Below, piece after piece: positions 46,302 to 59,305 of a stretch of DNA of 64,000 bases. The DNA comes from the human T2T-CHM13v2.0 reference genome, Homo sapiens: the NCBI RefSeq assembly GCF_009914755.1, contig NC_060936.1. One strand, written 5' to 3'. Each line of letters begins with the position of its first letter. Position 1 is the first letter of the stretch. Position numbers and translations under genes: made by a program. The notes beneath the pieces are model-generated. The model made no database searches, was not told where the DNA came from, and saw nothing but the letters and a program-made list of their open reading frames with translations.

Positions 46302-49300
46302 TTATCGAGAATGTCTGTTAATTTCTTTAACTCCAAAATTGTGTTATGTCCCTTGGTCTCCTGTCATACCATAAATTGTATTATTCATAAAATGGACACT
46401 TCGTCTATAGTTATTTCTTCTCAGTATGCTACATCCCTTTAGAATTTAAACATACAGTGTCTCCCAACCTGAAATTTGAAGTTTTGAAAAACCAGAAAAA
46501 TGTTTTCGGACACCTTTTATTTCCAGCTGTTTTTGTGTCCTCTCCGGAATCCAAGTTGAGGGTAAAGTCCATTCATCAGCATTTCTCCTCAACCCACAAC
46601 AACCTCATCCCACTCCAATATGATGTTTGTCCCCACAAATTGATGCACACAATTCTTGCTGGCAGTGGTAATGTCCTAATAAAAAAAATCATGAGAGGCA
46701 TCAGACTTGACTTTATTTTCTAGCTCAGCAGAATTTGATTCCTGTCTGATAAGGAAACCCTATTTTCCCTAGAAACTTTTCACTTTTGTCACAGGTTTGG
46801 TTCCCAGGGAACTGGATATAGATGAAGTTTAGTGTGCACGATGTTTATTAGGAAGTGATGTCAGGATCCACATCTGTGGAAAGGATTGGAGGGAAGCCTT
46901 ATGTGCAAAGGGACAAGTCTAATGGCAGTGCAGCCTGACATTGTCACCTGGCCATACGGACAGAGCTGTAGAGCTAAGAAGTCCTCTCCTATTTGTCCCA
47001 ACTGAATCAAATGGCAAAGCCTATGTACCCCTTGCCTCCATTAATGATTGTGTGCTTGCCACTTGTGGAGGATGAGACTTCGAAGCAGGTGGCTTTCTGT
47101 GGCTGAAGAAAACCTTAAATGTGCTGACAAAGTTTTCCAAAGAGACAGAGAATGGCATCTGCCATGTATGTTGCCCCTTTCCAAAGAGGAAGCAACAAGG
47201 GTAATGGCCTCCAATGGCTCTGTATGCAGATAGGTGGACAGTAATGTCTGTCCCTCCTGTGACCTAAGAAGAACAGATGGCAGACATGGAGCCAGGCAGT
47301 TAGAGGTGACACAGTGTTAGGAGATAAACATCTGTCAGAAGCAGTGCTTCTTTGAATCAGGTGTGACACGAGCCTTGCATCCCTTGCATGGACCCCTTCC
47401 CCATTATCCTGCTGTCCTACCTCATGAAGGTGGGTGGGGGCTGGCTGGTGGGCAGTCCCAGTACCAGGTACACTTTGCCTGCAGTGTTTCCACATGAGTT
47501 CCAAGGTAGCCCATGTGGTCATCCATGAACTTTGTGTTTTCCTTATGCTGCTTGTCCTTTGCCTTTGAGGAACACGTTTCATTGGACTCTGAGTCCAAAC
47601 AACTCACGTGTCCCTATATCTGTACATTGTCCTTCACTTAGGGGAATCTCTAATCTCTAATGCCATTGTTTTATTTTTACTATTAATATTATAATAATTA
47701 ACATTGTCATTATTATCTTCATTGTTGATGTTCAGTTATATTTATTAATAGAGTTACTATGAATTATTATATTGTGGCTACTTACACCAAGATGAAGATA
47801 ATTTATTAGTTCAGGAAGAATCTGCATTCTGAAGGCAAATAGAAGTTCCAGCTACAGATGGGCAGACACATGCCCTCTCAATTCCTGATGGACCTCCTAG
47901 TGCCTCCTGGACCTAAGGGGCCTCCCTCAATGTTTCAAGATGCCACCAAGGCAGGGATCAGCTCGTGCATTCCTGAGAACATCCACGATGAAGTGAGGCT
48001 CTGGAAAAATGCAAGAGTTTCCACATAATCCCAAAAAACCCTAAAGGTGAACTGGATGCCACAGAAAGAGGAGTGGTCTTTGTCACAACAAAATCAACAA
48101 AATTATTTCGAAGTCAATTAGGAAACTCAGAAATCACTCTTGCTGCCATTAAGAGGAAGAATAGGAGCCTGTGAATGGCATCCCTGGCCTACCTGAGACT
48201 CCACAGATATTTCTATGTGGCTTCAGACACCAGAAATCTCCCTGATTTTCAGAAAGGCAGGGACAGCTCCTGCCAGCCCATCCCTCTGCAGAATGTGTCC
48301 CAGCAGATCAGTGGCATGGAACCATCATGGACAGCACAAAGGCTCAAGGGCAGCATCCCAGGCCGGCCTGTGACTCTAGATAAGTTCTGAGTCCCCATGG
48401 GGGCTCAGGAAAGGTTAGTGATGACCTGGAAAGAAGGGACAGGCTGAAACCGCCCCTACGCTATCTGCAGGATTCCAACTTCAGCAGGAAGCCAAGGACC
48501 AACTCGTACCACACCTGCGCCCTCTGAAAACGCTGGATACAATCCCACTCTGCAGAAAGTTCCACATAGAAGTGGCTGGGAATTTTGCATTCTAGACTGC
48601 ATTTTACAGTGCCTCTGGACATGTGATGAGAAATTTAACATTGGTGTATCTAACTCTGACATTTTTCACGAAGTGATTTTTTAAAATGTGGTAAAAAAGA
48701 CAAAATATAATTCAAACATATGCATTATATGTCAAAGTATGCTTCGCTGGCATCAAGTAGACTCACCTTGAGATACAATCTTGGACAACCTCCATCTTCA
48801 GAATATCTACTTTTTCAAACCGAAACTCTCCAACCAAAAATCAATAACATCAAAAGTTTGCAAATACAAGCCGACGGAAAATAAATACATGAATTCTACC
48901 ACAGTGAATTGGACCGCACTGGGAAACACAGATGAAGAAAGTCAATACCGCTTTGTCCTTCAGTGCCTGGCTCCTTTTTCAGCTCGTCTTGCTACTCTAG
49001 GCATTATGCCTGAAAAGTCTCCCAGGTGCCTGTGAGGCTCTAATTCCCTGGGTCCCATTGCCATGTCTCTGGATTTGCGAAGATCCACCGGACCTTCTGT
49101 GGAACTCCCGTGTCGGTGAACTTTTGTGCCACGTCCCCTAATTCTGCCCATGGTCATCTGCAGCTGCACGAGTTAGGGTCGGTGTTCCTTGGACGGGAAG
49201 AGACAGGCAGGAGTCGGAATGCTGAACCAGCACACTGGGGCGTTTTCTCATGTAGCCCAAGTGACCCAAGGTCTTCTTGAGCTTTGGAACCAGTCGCGTC

Positions 49301-50257
49301 CCACTTGACACAGCACCCGACTCCCAGTTTCTCAATCGTGTTGGCCCTCCGGCGATCTCCCGTTGGATGAATTGCACAGGCTGAAACTCGAGTCCCCTTT
49401 GATTTGCGCTTCATTAATTATTCATGATTCAGGTTGGAAGGCCTGCTGACGACCCCCTGTGGCCGTTCTCTGAGCTTTCCTGTCACATCGTTTCCTTCCA
49501 CGCTCTTTGGTTCCTTGTGGTCCTGCTCCTTCTGCTGTCAGAGGAGCAGAGAGTTGATCTTATTGATTCTGGATACGGATACTTTCTAGGTGATCTGGAT
49601 AATCAGGATAACGACCCTCAACAGCGGCGGAAAGGGAGCAGCCATTTGGTGTGTCTCAGAAAATCGCGCTCAGTTCCGAGGCCTCCTAGATGTGGAATCC
49701 TGCTCAGAGTTGTTCCCAGGTCAGAGAATGGAGAGAGCCTGGGCATGATGGGATATCCCTGCCTAGATCTTTCAGTGAGTCTCTACCTCAGCTACTCTTA
49801 GGATCAGGGGGAGAACCATGGAAAGGCCCGGTGTCAGACATCCGGAAAGAAGATGGGATGAATGTTTTACCTCTGAAGTACATCCCAAATCTGGGAGTTA
49901 ACTTCAGCTTTGCTGGGCTCTATTTGGCCAGTGAAACTCTGCCTGGTTCATTCGCACATCCGGAAGCCACTTCACGGGGGGCCGTCGCAACTGGAACCAC
50001 ACACTTGGCATCGGCGGTTGAGCCAAATGGGGACTCGTGGTGCAAGCAACGCTCCCCACGTGTTAGCGTGCGTGAGATTCAGTTGGCGGAATTTTACTAG
50101 GTGTGTGTTGGTAGAGTGGGGCTGAGGTTTTCTTGCTCCTGTGGATGTATACGAAGTCAAAGGTCCTGCCCAGCCCTGCGGTCCCCTCAGTCAACTCTGT
50201 TTCAGAGACATAACGATTTGGATTGAGAACAAGTCAAGAAATTTTCAAGCCCTTGGA

Positions 50258-51286
50258 TGTAGGGAAAAGAAAGAGAGATCAGACTGTCACTGTGTCTATG
50301 TAGAAAGGGAAGACATGAGACTCCATTTTGAAAAAGACCTGTACTTTAAACAATTGCTTTGCTGAGATGTTGTTCATTTGTAGCTTTGCCCCAGCCACTT
50401 TGCCCCAGCCGCTTTGACCCAACTTGGAGCTCACAAAAACCTGTGTTGTATAAAATCAAGGTTTAAGGGATCTAGGGCCGTGCAGGACGTGCCTTGTTAA
50501 CCACATGTTTACAAGCAGTATACTTGGTAAAAGACATTGCCATTCTCTAGTCTCAATAAACCAGGGGCACAATGCACCGTGGAAAGCCGCAGGGACCTCT
50601 GCCCTTGAAAGCAGGGTATTGTCCAAGGTTTCTCCCCATGTGATAGTCTGAAATATGGCCTCATGGGATGAGAAAGACCTGACTGTCCCCCAGCCTGACA
50701 CCCGTAAAGGGTCTGTGCTGAGGTGGATTAGTCAAAGAGGAAAGCCTCTTGCAGTTGAGATGGAGGAAGGCCACTGTCTCCTGCTCGCCCCTGGGAACTG
50801 AATGTCTCGGTGTAAAACCCGATCGTACATTTATTCAACTCTGAGCTAGGAGAAAAGCTGCCCTGTGGCGGGAGGCGAGACATGTTGGCAGTAGTGCTGC
50901 CTTGTTATTCTTTACTCCACTGAGATGTTTGGGTGGAGAGAAACATAAATCTGGCCTACGTGCACGTCCAGGCATAGTACCTTCCCTTGAACTTAATTAT
51001 GATATAGATTCCTTTGCTCACATGTTTTTTTTGTTGACCTTCTACTTATTATCACCCTGCTCTCCTACTACATTCCTTTTTGCTGAAGTAATGAAAATCA
51101 TAATAAAAAAAACTGAGGGAACTCAGAGGCCGGTGCCGGTGCAGGTCCTTGGTGTGCTGAGTGCTGGTCCCCTGGACCCAATGTTGTTTCCCTATACTTT
51201 GTCTCTGTGTCTTATTTCTTTTCTCCGTCTCTCATCCCACCCGACTAGAAACACCCACAGGTGTGGAGGGGCAGGCCACCCCTTCA
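50258..51286 (+). mobile_element. HERV-K(HML-2) solo LTR, LTR5A type
   Basis: TGTAGGGAAAAGAAAGAGAGATCAGAC...GGCCACCCCTTCA, 1029 bp, with a perfect 6-bp TSD cttgga (50252-50257 and 51287-51292). Confidence 0.95.
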
Positions 51287-51354
51287 CTTGGAAAATCAGT
51301 TAAACACAAACACGGAATGAAAGTCAAAAGACAATATGTCATCTTTTTGAGAAT

Positions 51355-51360
51355 TTTATT
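51355..51360 (-). terminator. FAM90A1 poly(A) signal AATAAA
   Basis: tttatt on the plus strand, with a GU/U-rich downstream element on the minus strand at about 51300-51335. Confidence 0.7.
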
Positions 51361-51900
51361 CACTTCAAAACAAATTCAACACACCTATTTACAAAGGGAT
51401 TCCAGAGCCCACTTTTCGAGGCTGAGGAAAGACCCCGAGAGCGCTTTGCACAGCGCGCTTCCCAGCGTCGGAAACACTGCTCTCAGGGCGGGGCACAGCG
51501 GAAGGGCTGCACCTCTCAGGGTTCCCTAACTTTTCCCTTATTCAGTCGTCTAGAGAGCAAATACACAGTAATTCCCCCGTTTCCTATTGACGTCCCAGCG
51601 GAAGTCTGACTCCTGCGCGTCATGCAGTTTCTGAGGCAACGAATCACTGGCACGGAAGCTTTTCCTGGCGCGTTTCCAGAGAACCATGCGAACTACAATG
51701 TCCCTCACCAGAATTCAACGGGGCAGAGTCCCTGCATCTGCTCCCTGCCTGGCCTGGGCTCCCACATCCACAGAAGGGCCACAGCCGGGGAGCTTCGGAG
51801 TCACCGCACAGAGTCTGCTCTCTGCTCTGTGCTCCTCAGTCCCACAGTCCCCTCCAAGTCACGGGAGCTGGAGGCCAAGGAGCCCCTGCCACCTGCAGTC

Positions 51901-54900
51901 TCACTCCAGGTCAGAATCGCTGTCCTCTGAGGAGGAGGGAACCTGAAGGTCCTCATAGAGGACGCTTGGTGGGACACGAACACAGGGACCCTCAGACTTC
52001 TCTGAGACATGAGGGCTCTGAGCGAGGAAGGCTCCCGGCTTCTCAGGAGAGTGAAATGAGGGGGCCGTCAGCAGGCTGGAGCTCCAGCGTCCGTTTTCCA
52101 GTCTCCGAAAGAGCACTCTGAGAGGCTGAGCCCCATCATGGCTGGCCGCTGGGTGATGGGACATGGTGCAGGCCTGGGCAGTAGGCAGGCAAGGTCTGCT
52201 GTGCGGAGGCTGCCGGTCGCCGCTAAGCACCTGGGCGGGTGTCCTCGTGCCTATCTGGGGTGACGTACGTGGTCCAAGTTCGGTTGCGGCTGGCAGAGGT
52301 TGGAGATTCTCCGGGGCCCCCAGCTCACCTCCCTGGATGGCGCTTTCGGGGATCTGGAAGGGACCCAGTCTCGGTTTCTTGGGGAAGTTCAGGCAAGCCT
52401 GAATCGGAGCCAGGGCAGATCTCTTGGCTCCTGGCCCGAAGCTGAGATTGGAGCCTAGGCCCAAGCTGTGTGTGGCGGCTGGTGGGCAGGGCTGTGAGGT
52501 CACCGCAGGACGTTTGTCTTGTGCCTGGGGTCTGGCGGCCTGGAGCAGGCCGTGGGTTTTGGAGGCAGCCTGGGGAACTTCTCGACAGCCACCCTCAGGG
52601 CTGCTGTGTGTCGGCTTCACCACGAGGAGAGGCTCGGGGCCCTGGTGCCTGACTGCAGTCTGAGGGATGTCGGCCGCAGCCCCTGTCTGTCTTTCCTTTG
52701 GTCCAAGACTTGAGGAGGAGCTCAGACTGGCTTTTCTGAGGGGAGACAGTGAAGCTAAGACGGAGCCCCTGTCAGACATTTCGGTAGCTGAGCGATCAGA
52801 GAGGACAGGGTCCACACGCGGCCTCTTACTGGTTGTGTGGACCGGCATTGGCCCGCTTGCAACCTGAAAGAGAGGAAACAACACAGGTTAGAAGTTCCTC
52901 AGCATGGAGCCAACATGAAAATCAACCACATCCAAAGACAAGGTGCACACGCCATGAAATTCTTAGTACACTATCGACAGGCGGTCCTTGGAAGTAGGGA
53001 CAGACCCTCCACCTGAGTGCTGATCAGGACAAGACACATGAAAGATGCGCTCTCGAGCTATGTGTAGCTGATCTAAGCACACCATTGTTCAAAAGATTGC
53101 GTCTTAGGCATTAGCTGGATCAAAGCGCCTCCACTCAGCCTTCCATGAAGTGGAACCGACTGATGCCCTTCCGAAGGCAGGTTGGTGGCTCAAGGGTACT
53201 CAGGACGTCTTCTCTGAACATATGCATGTTCCTGGGTTTAGCCTTCTCCACGTTTGGGGCCTCTGAGGGACTAATTTCCTCATGCCGCTAGGAACGTGTT
53301 ATTGGCAGGCTTGCCATAATTGGACAGAAAGAAAGCAACAGGAAATACGGCATCTTCAGATGCCTTCGCCTGGAATCAAATTGACCTGGAAGGATCGTGG
53401 AGTCCCTGACCCCAAGAAGGCAAGAAAGAGGGGTTCCCCGATTCCCTCCCGCAGACGGGAAGCTGAAAGGAAATCAACCAGGGTGACCTAGAGGAGAAAA
53501 AGACCAGGGGCCCAGGGTGACCCTCACCCTCAGATAATCAGAAGATTCCGTGGATCCTTTTTGATTTGGCAGCGGCTTCTCTGGAGGTTTCCCGGAAAAT
53601 ATGTGGAGGAGAGCCTTCCTCTGCGGGTCTTGTGGCCTGCAGAACAGAAAAAGGTCAGGCCGTGCTCCCTGGTTTTCCCCAGGAGACAGGGAGAACCCTG
53701 TCTGGGGCCCAGTCCCATTCCGTGTTTTGTGATACAGAAATGGACATCTGGTGCCCTTTCCGCCTCTGCACCTTCCCTCACGTGCCAACCTTCCCATCCT
53801 CCAGGTGGCCCTCTAGGCTTCCCAACTAAGGACTGTGATTTGGATTCCATCACTTTTCCCCCTGTCGTGGGGAACCTGCACGAAGCGCCCCCGCCCCTCC
53901 CCGTCCCTGAATCTCCCAGAGCCAAAGGAGCTCTTGGGTGTGGAACTCCGGAAGACACAGAGCTCCGGTCTGTTTCTCTGCAGCGTTCCTTCCCTGGCCC
54001 GGAGACGGAAAGGCACACGGTGTGCAGGTGCAGAGACACCATGTCCTTAGGAGGCAGTACCCTAAGAGTGGTGAAAACCACTCCCACTGCTCACCTTGGT
54101 CTCTCTTCCTTCTCTCCCTTATCCTTGTTCAAGGGCCCAGGGTTCGCTTCAACCTGGGGCTTCCATGGTTTCAGGTTTTCCTTCCCTTCCTTTTCCCCAA
54201 AGTTCGGTGGAACCAGGGCTGCCTTCCAGCACTTCATGGGGCACCTGGTACTTCTGGCCGTGTGGCCAAAGGCCTCACAGTTTTTGCACTTGAGCTGTGG
54301 GTGGAAAGGAAGTGATGTCAGTGAGTGAGCTGAAGCCACAGGCACCGATCCCACGTCAACATTGAGACGGATTGTGAATTCAGAGCTGAATAAGGATTCC
54401 AAAGAGGGGACACCGGCATGGGGGCCGTTAAGTGCTGGGAGAGTTCGGATACGATGTTCCCTCCCAAAGCCCATGTGACGGAGGAACTCTAAAAGGCAGG
54501 ACTCAAGGTCCTAAGGGGCACGATGGTGAACCCGATGTCAACAACACAGCCAAACGTGGCTACACAGGACTCTAAGTAGAAAGGGAGGTTGCCCCCAAGA
54601 GTCTCTCAAGGGGCCTATCGGGCCGGGGAGGAGGTCCCAAGCCACGCCCACCTTGGATGGGAAAAGCAACCTGGGTGGTGGTGACAGAACTCTTTGGAAT
54701 CCAACCCAGTCTCTGAGGACCGTGTGACACCCCGTCCCCCCGCCCCCACCCCCACCCCAATACCCAAGAGATCCAGGGCTAGACTTACCCTGGGATCTTC
54801 TTCATCGGGCGGGGGAGCCCTTGGCCCAACTGGGGCCCTCCGCTGCTTCTGGAGGGTCTGGGCTCTCACCAGTCTCTTTGCCCCAGGTTTGGGGTCACGA

Positions 54901-54911
54901 CGTGCCATCAT
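51901..54911 (-). CDS. FAM90A1: FAM90A protein, 464 aa; coding exons 54911-54789, 54294-54095, 53636-53528, 52863-51901
   Basis: GT-AG introns; 123+200+109+963 = 1395 nt with no internal stop. Reads MMARRDPKPGAKRLVRAQ...SSSEDSDSDLE and has a zinc-knuckle-like CKNCEAFGHTARSTRC. Confidence 0.93.
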
Positions 54912-56050
54912 CTTCGTCTCCTGGGGGTTTTATGACCGCCTTTTTCAGGGGTTGATTGTCGGGTCACCTGAAACACACACAAACACACACAAGTCGATGG
55001 TTAAGCACATTGGATATTCACACACCCACAGGAAGCCCCCCGCTAATTCCTTGCCGGTGTGGTCATGAGGAGACCTCACCACCAGTCGGTCAAATCTGTG
55101 GAACACAATGTGCTGTGTGCATCCTCAGATATTGTGTGTTCCTCTGCCATGATTACCTAGTCCAAGAGTAAACCTCGCCTGCCACAGGGCCCGTGGCCTA
55201 GGTATGGGGAGTTGAGCTTTCAACCCCAAACTAACAACTGATTCTGGAGACTGGACTTAGGTCTATCACGATTCACTCCGGTAGAAGACACGATGACTCT
55301 ATCTCCCTTGACCGACAGAATGATCGAAGCCACAGGGCATGGCGTGTGTCACCCTTTGGCAGGTCTGTTTGAAATCTGGGATAAGGGATGCCTCCTGTCA
55401 CAACTTGAATCGCTACTCTTGCCATTTCATTAGGCAACTTCCAAACACAAATTCATAGAGAGAAGTTATCTTCCTCTCTACCACACTAGCAGGTGATGGT
55501 CTTTCCTGTTCTATCTTTTTGGCTTTAGCTCCAGCCCCTCTTTATTTATTTTTCTGGTATTTTACGCATGCCACACGAATTCATCTAAACGAACGGTGAA
55601 CAAGTGCCATATCGTATCAATGTCTTACACGGCTGAAGGGCAAACCACCCTTTTTTCCAAAGTCCTTTTTCCATTTACCCACCAATTCAGCATGCTGCAG
55701 TACATTTCTTTTCGCATTCCCACCTTGGTCTTATCCCACACATGGAGACGGAAATGCTTTCTCGTTTTCTGTTCCAAGAATTACTAGTAACGAGAGCACA
55801 CCCTACCGCATCAGCAAGCCCCAGTGTGATCGCTTTCTTTCGGCCTCCTTTGTCTCTTTTCCCCCCCGCCCCTCAGGGATTGCGTGAAACAAACAACTGT
55901 TCAGTGAAACTAACCTGAAATTACACGTCTACTTTCTTTCCCCGGCTGGCGCTGAGATGGGCAGGTGCTGGAGCAGCCCCGCTGGAAGCGATGCAGCATC
56001 CAGGAAGACGGAGGAAGGGGCGGAGAGGGACCTCTGCTTTCCAGGCTGCC

Positions 56051-56139
56051 TTTTATACTGCCTCTGGTCACCTGACGTGGAACGTACCCTAACCTAATCA
56101 GTTACATGTACGTTAATTACAATTAACTTAATCCAATTA
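56051..56139 (-). promoter_or_regulatory. TATA box plus DUX4-type homeodomain motif cluster upstream of FAM90A1
   Basis: TATAAAA on the minus strand 56057-56051; TAACCTAATCA 56090-56100; near matches TAACTTAATCC 56124-56134 and TAATCCAATTA 56129-56139. Confidence 0.65.
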
Positions 56140-56729
56140 CATGACTCGGAAAGGTCTATCTGCACAGCCCACTCTAAGATCATGTCCACTGCTGACAGAC
56201 ATTCTAAAACCTACGTGTACAGCTGCAAGCTTTGAAGAATAGATGTTCCCCGTCAGATATGTAACACTGGTGCCTGTACCCCTGTCTTCTTTTCCATCTT
56301 TTTTGTTTTTGTGTTTTGTTTTGTTTTAAAAAATGTGGTAAAATAGACACCTTTTAATTGGACCATATTTACTCTATCTCGACGTAGGCCTCCGTGTCAT
56401 CATGGAGATTCTCCTTGTCATGCAGTCACGGCCATGATCCATCTTCAGAACTTCTCTTTCTTCCCCACGGTAGGTCTGTCGGCAGAGAACCCTGACCACA
56501 CACTCATGTGTTTTCTCCTCCAGAATGCGCTTGGAAACCACCGTGAATTGGAGCGCACTGGGAAACACAGATGAAGAAAGTCAACACCGCTTTGTCCTTC
56601 AGTGCCTGGCTCCCTTTTCAGCTGGTCTTGAGACTCCAGGCATTGGAGTCCAGGGAGGGGCACGCCGCCTTTACCTTGTGCTTCCCACGATCTTGTCTCC
56701 TTAATCCCCACTGCAGCTCTCTGCCATAG

Positions 56730-57278
<549 letters not shown>

Positions 57279-58459
57279 TGAGGAGGGGGAAAAGCAGAAG
57301 CGGTGTGGGAAGAGGCGGGGTCTGGGCCAGCTGCTGGTCCTGCTCTCCTCCCTCCTTTGGCCTCTAGGCTCCCAGGAGTGGTTTGGAACCTGCGCCGTGT
57401 GCTCTGGGGGCTGTGGCAGGGCAGGGGCGGCTTGGAACCTGCGCCATGTGATCTGGGGGCTGTGTCAGGGCAGCGGGAGTCCTCGTGTCCCCTGCGCACA
57501 ACACAGACAGAAGGCTGGGTCCACCCAGTGGGCGGTCGGGTGCCAGGCCAGTGCTTACCCCGCCATGTTTTCAAGCCCGAGGCCAGCTGGCTGCAGGTGC
57601 AGGGCTATGCGTCAGGGGTCAGGGTGCACACATCCCTGCAGGTCTCGGGGCTCCTGGGTTGCTTCTGGAAGGGCCCGGATGGGGCCTGACTGGAGCTGCC
57701 GAGGGGTGGAGCTTCTGGGAAAAGGATCCCTCCTAGGGGGAGTGTCTTGGGCCTGGGGCCACGTGGCACGGAGAGAGACGGGTCCATGGCAGTGTCTGCT
57801 TTTCTCTGTGAAGGCAAAGGGCCTCTGAGGGAGTATTACAGCCGCCTCATCCACCAGAAGCATTTCCAGCACATCCAGGTCTGCACCCCCTGGCTGGAGG
57901 GCCGAGGACTACCCCCGCTTCTAGGTGAGAGGCCAGCAGGAGGCTCAGGGAGGACGCGGGGCCTTAAGCAGGGGGAACAGGGGTGGGCAGGATGTACTTT
58001 TTTCAGAAAAGGTGGCTCTGGAGGCCACTTGGGGACAGGACCTGGGCTCTAGCTGAACTCCCGGGAGGAGGCTACTTCCTGGTGTGCCAGCCCCTCCCTG
58101 CCAGGTGGCCCCAGAGGCCCTTTACCAAGGGGTTTGAGGAGGCCACGTCCTTTCAGTCTGCCACGCCCTCCATTCAGTCCTCTTCCTTCCTGCAGGAGGG
58201 CTGGGCCTGGGGTTGGGGCCACTGTTGCCCAGGTGTGGGAGGGCAGTGGCTTTGGGAGGTACAGGGACGATGTGTCAAACAGCGTCGCCTCTCCCAGTGC
58301 GATGGTTCTCCTTTGCCTCCGTCTCTTTCCGCGTTGATTTCTCCAAGTGGGGAGTCGTGGCTTGGTCCTGATGCGTCTCTAGAGCCGCATCTTCCAGCTT
58401 CGAGTGAGCAGAGCAGTTGGAGTCTGAGGGCCTTTTCCTGGCAGGATTCTCCAGCTAGT

Positions 58460-58821
58460 CTTTGTTTTAGACAGTCTTGCTCCGTTGCCTAGGCTGGAGT
58501 GCACGATCTCAGTTCATGCAACCTCCGCCTCCTGGGTTCAAGCGATTCACCCACCTCAGCCTCCCAAGTAGATTACAGGATTACAGGAGCCCGCCACAAC
58601 ACCTGGCTTATTTTTGTATTTTTAGCAGAGATAGGGTTTCACCATGTTGGCCAGGCTGGTCTTGAACTCCTGACCTCAAGTGATCCTCTCGCCTTGGCCT
58701 CCCTAAGTGCTGGGATTCCAGGCCTGACCCATCATGCCTAGCCCCAGCTAGTCTTTAGAAATGTTAAGCTATTTGGCTTTATTTTCACATTGACAGCTGG
58801 TTTGTGGTGGGTGTGATGTGG

Positions 58822-58854
<33 letters not shown>

Positions 58855-58879
58855 TTGAGACGGAGTTTCGCTCTTATTA

Positions 58880-58914
<35 letters not shown>

Positions 58915-59305
58915 TTGAGACGGAGTTTCGCTCTTGTAGCCCAGGCTGGAGTGCAATGGCGCGATCTTGGCTCACTGCAACCTCTGCCTTCCCGGGTTCA
59001 AGCGATTCTCCTGCCTCAGCCTCCTGAGTAGCTGGGATTACAGGCACCTGCCACGAATTAGCTTCGCTAATTTTGTATTTTTTTTTAGTAGAGATGGGGT
59101 TTCACCATGTTGGCCAGGCTGGTCTTGAACTCCTGACCTCAGGTGATCCACCCGCCTTGGCCTCCCAAAATGCTGGGATTACAGGCGGGAGGTGAACCTG
59201 GGAGGTGAAGGTTGCAGGGAGCTGAGATTGTGCCACTGCACTCCAGCCTGGGTGACAGAGTGAGACTCTGTCTCAAAACAAAACAAAACAACAACAACAA
59301 AAAAC
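58460..59305. mobile_element. Alu cluster: two reverse Alus, (ATT)n tails, fused forward right-arm fragment
   Basis: Reverse Alus at about 58460-58745 and 58823-59188; forward fragment at about 59190-59305. Confidence 0.88.

Noticed and set aside
46788-47130. Possible ERVL-type LTR fragment
   Set aside because: Only the first ~70 bp look LTR-like; family and boundaries cannot be supported without a search.
53530-54328. 255-aa plus-strand and 185-aa minus-strand ORFs
   Set aside because: Antisense or intronic frames over FAM90A1 starting at non-ATG codons; explained by GC content.
58738-59031. Poly-I/Y/N peptides
   Set aside because: Translations of (ATT)n Alu-tail microsatellites.
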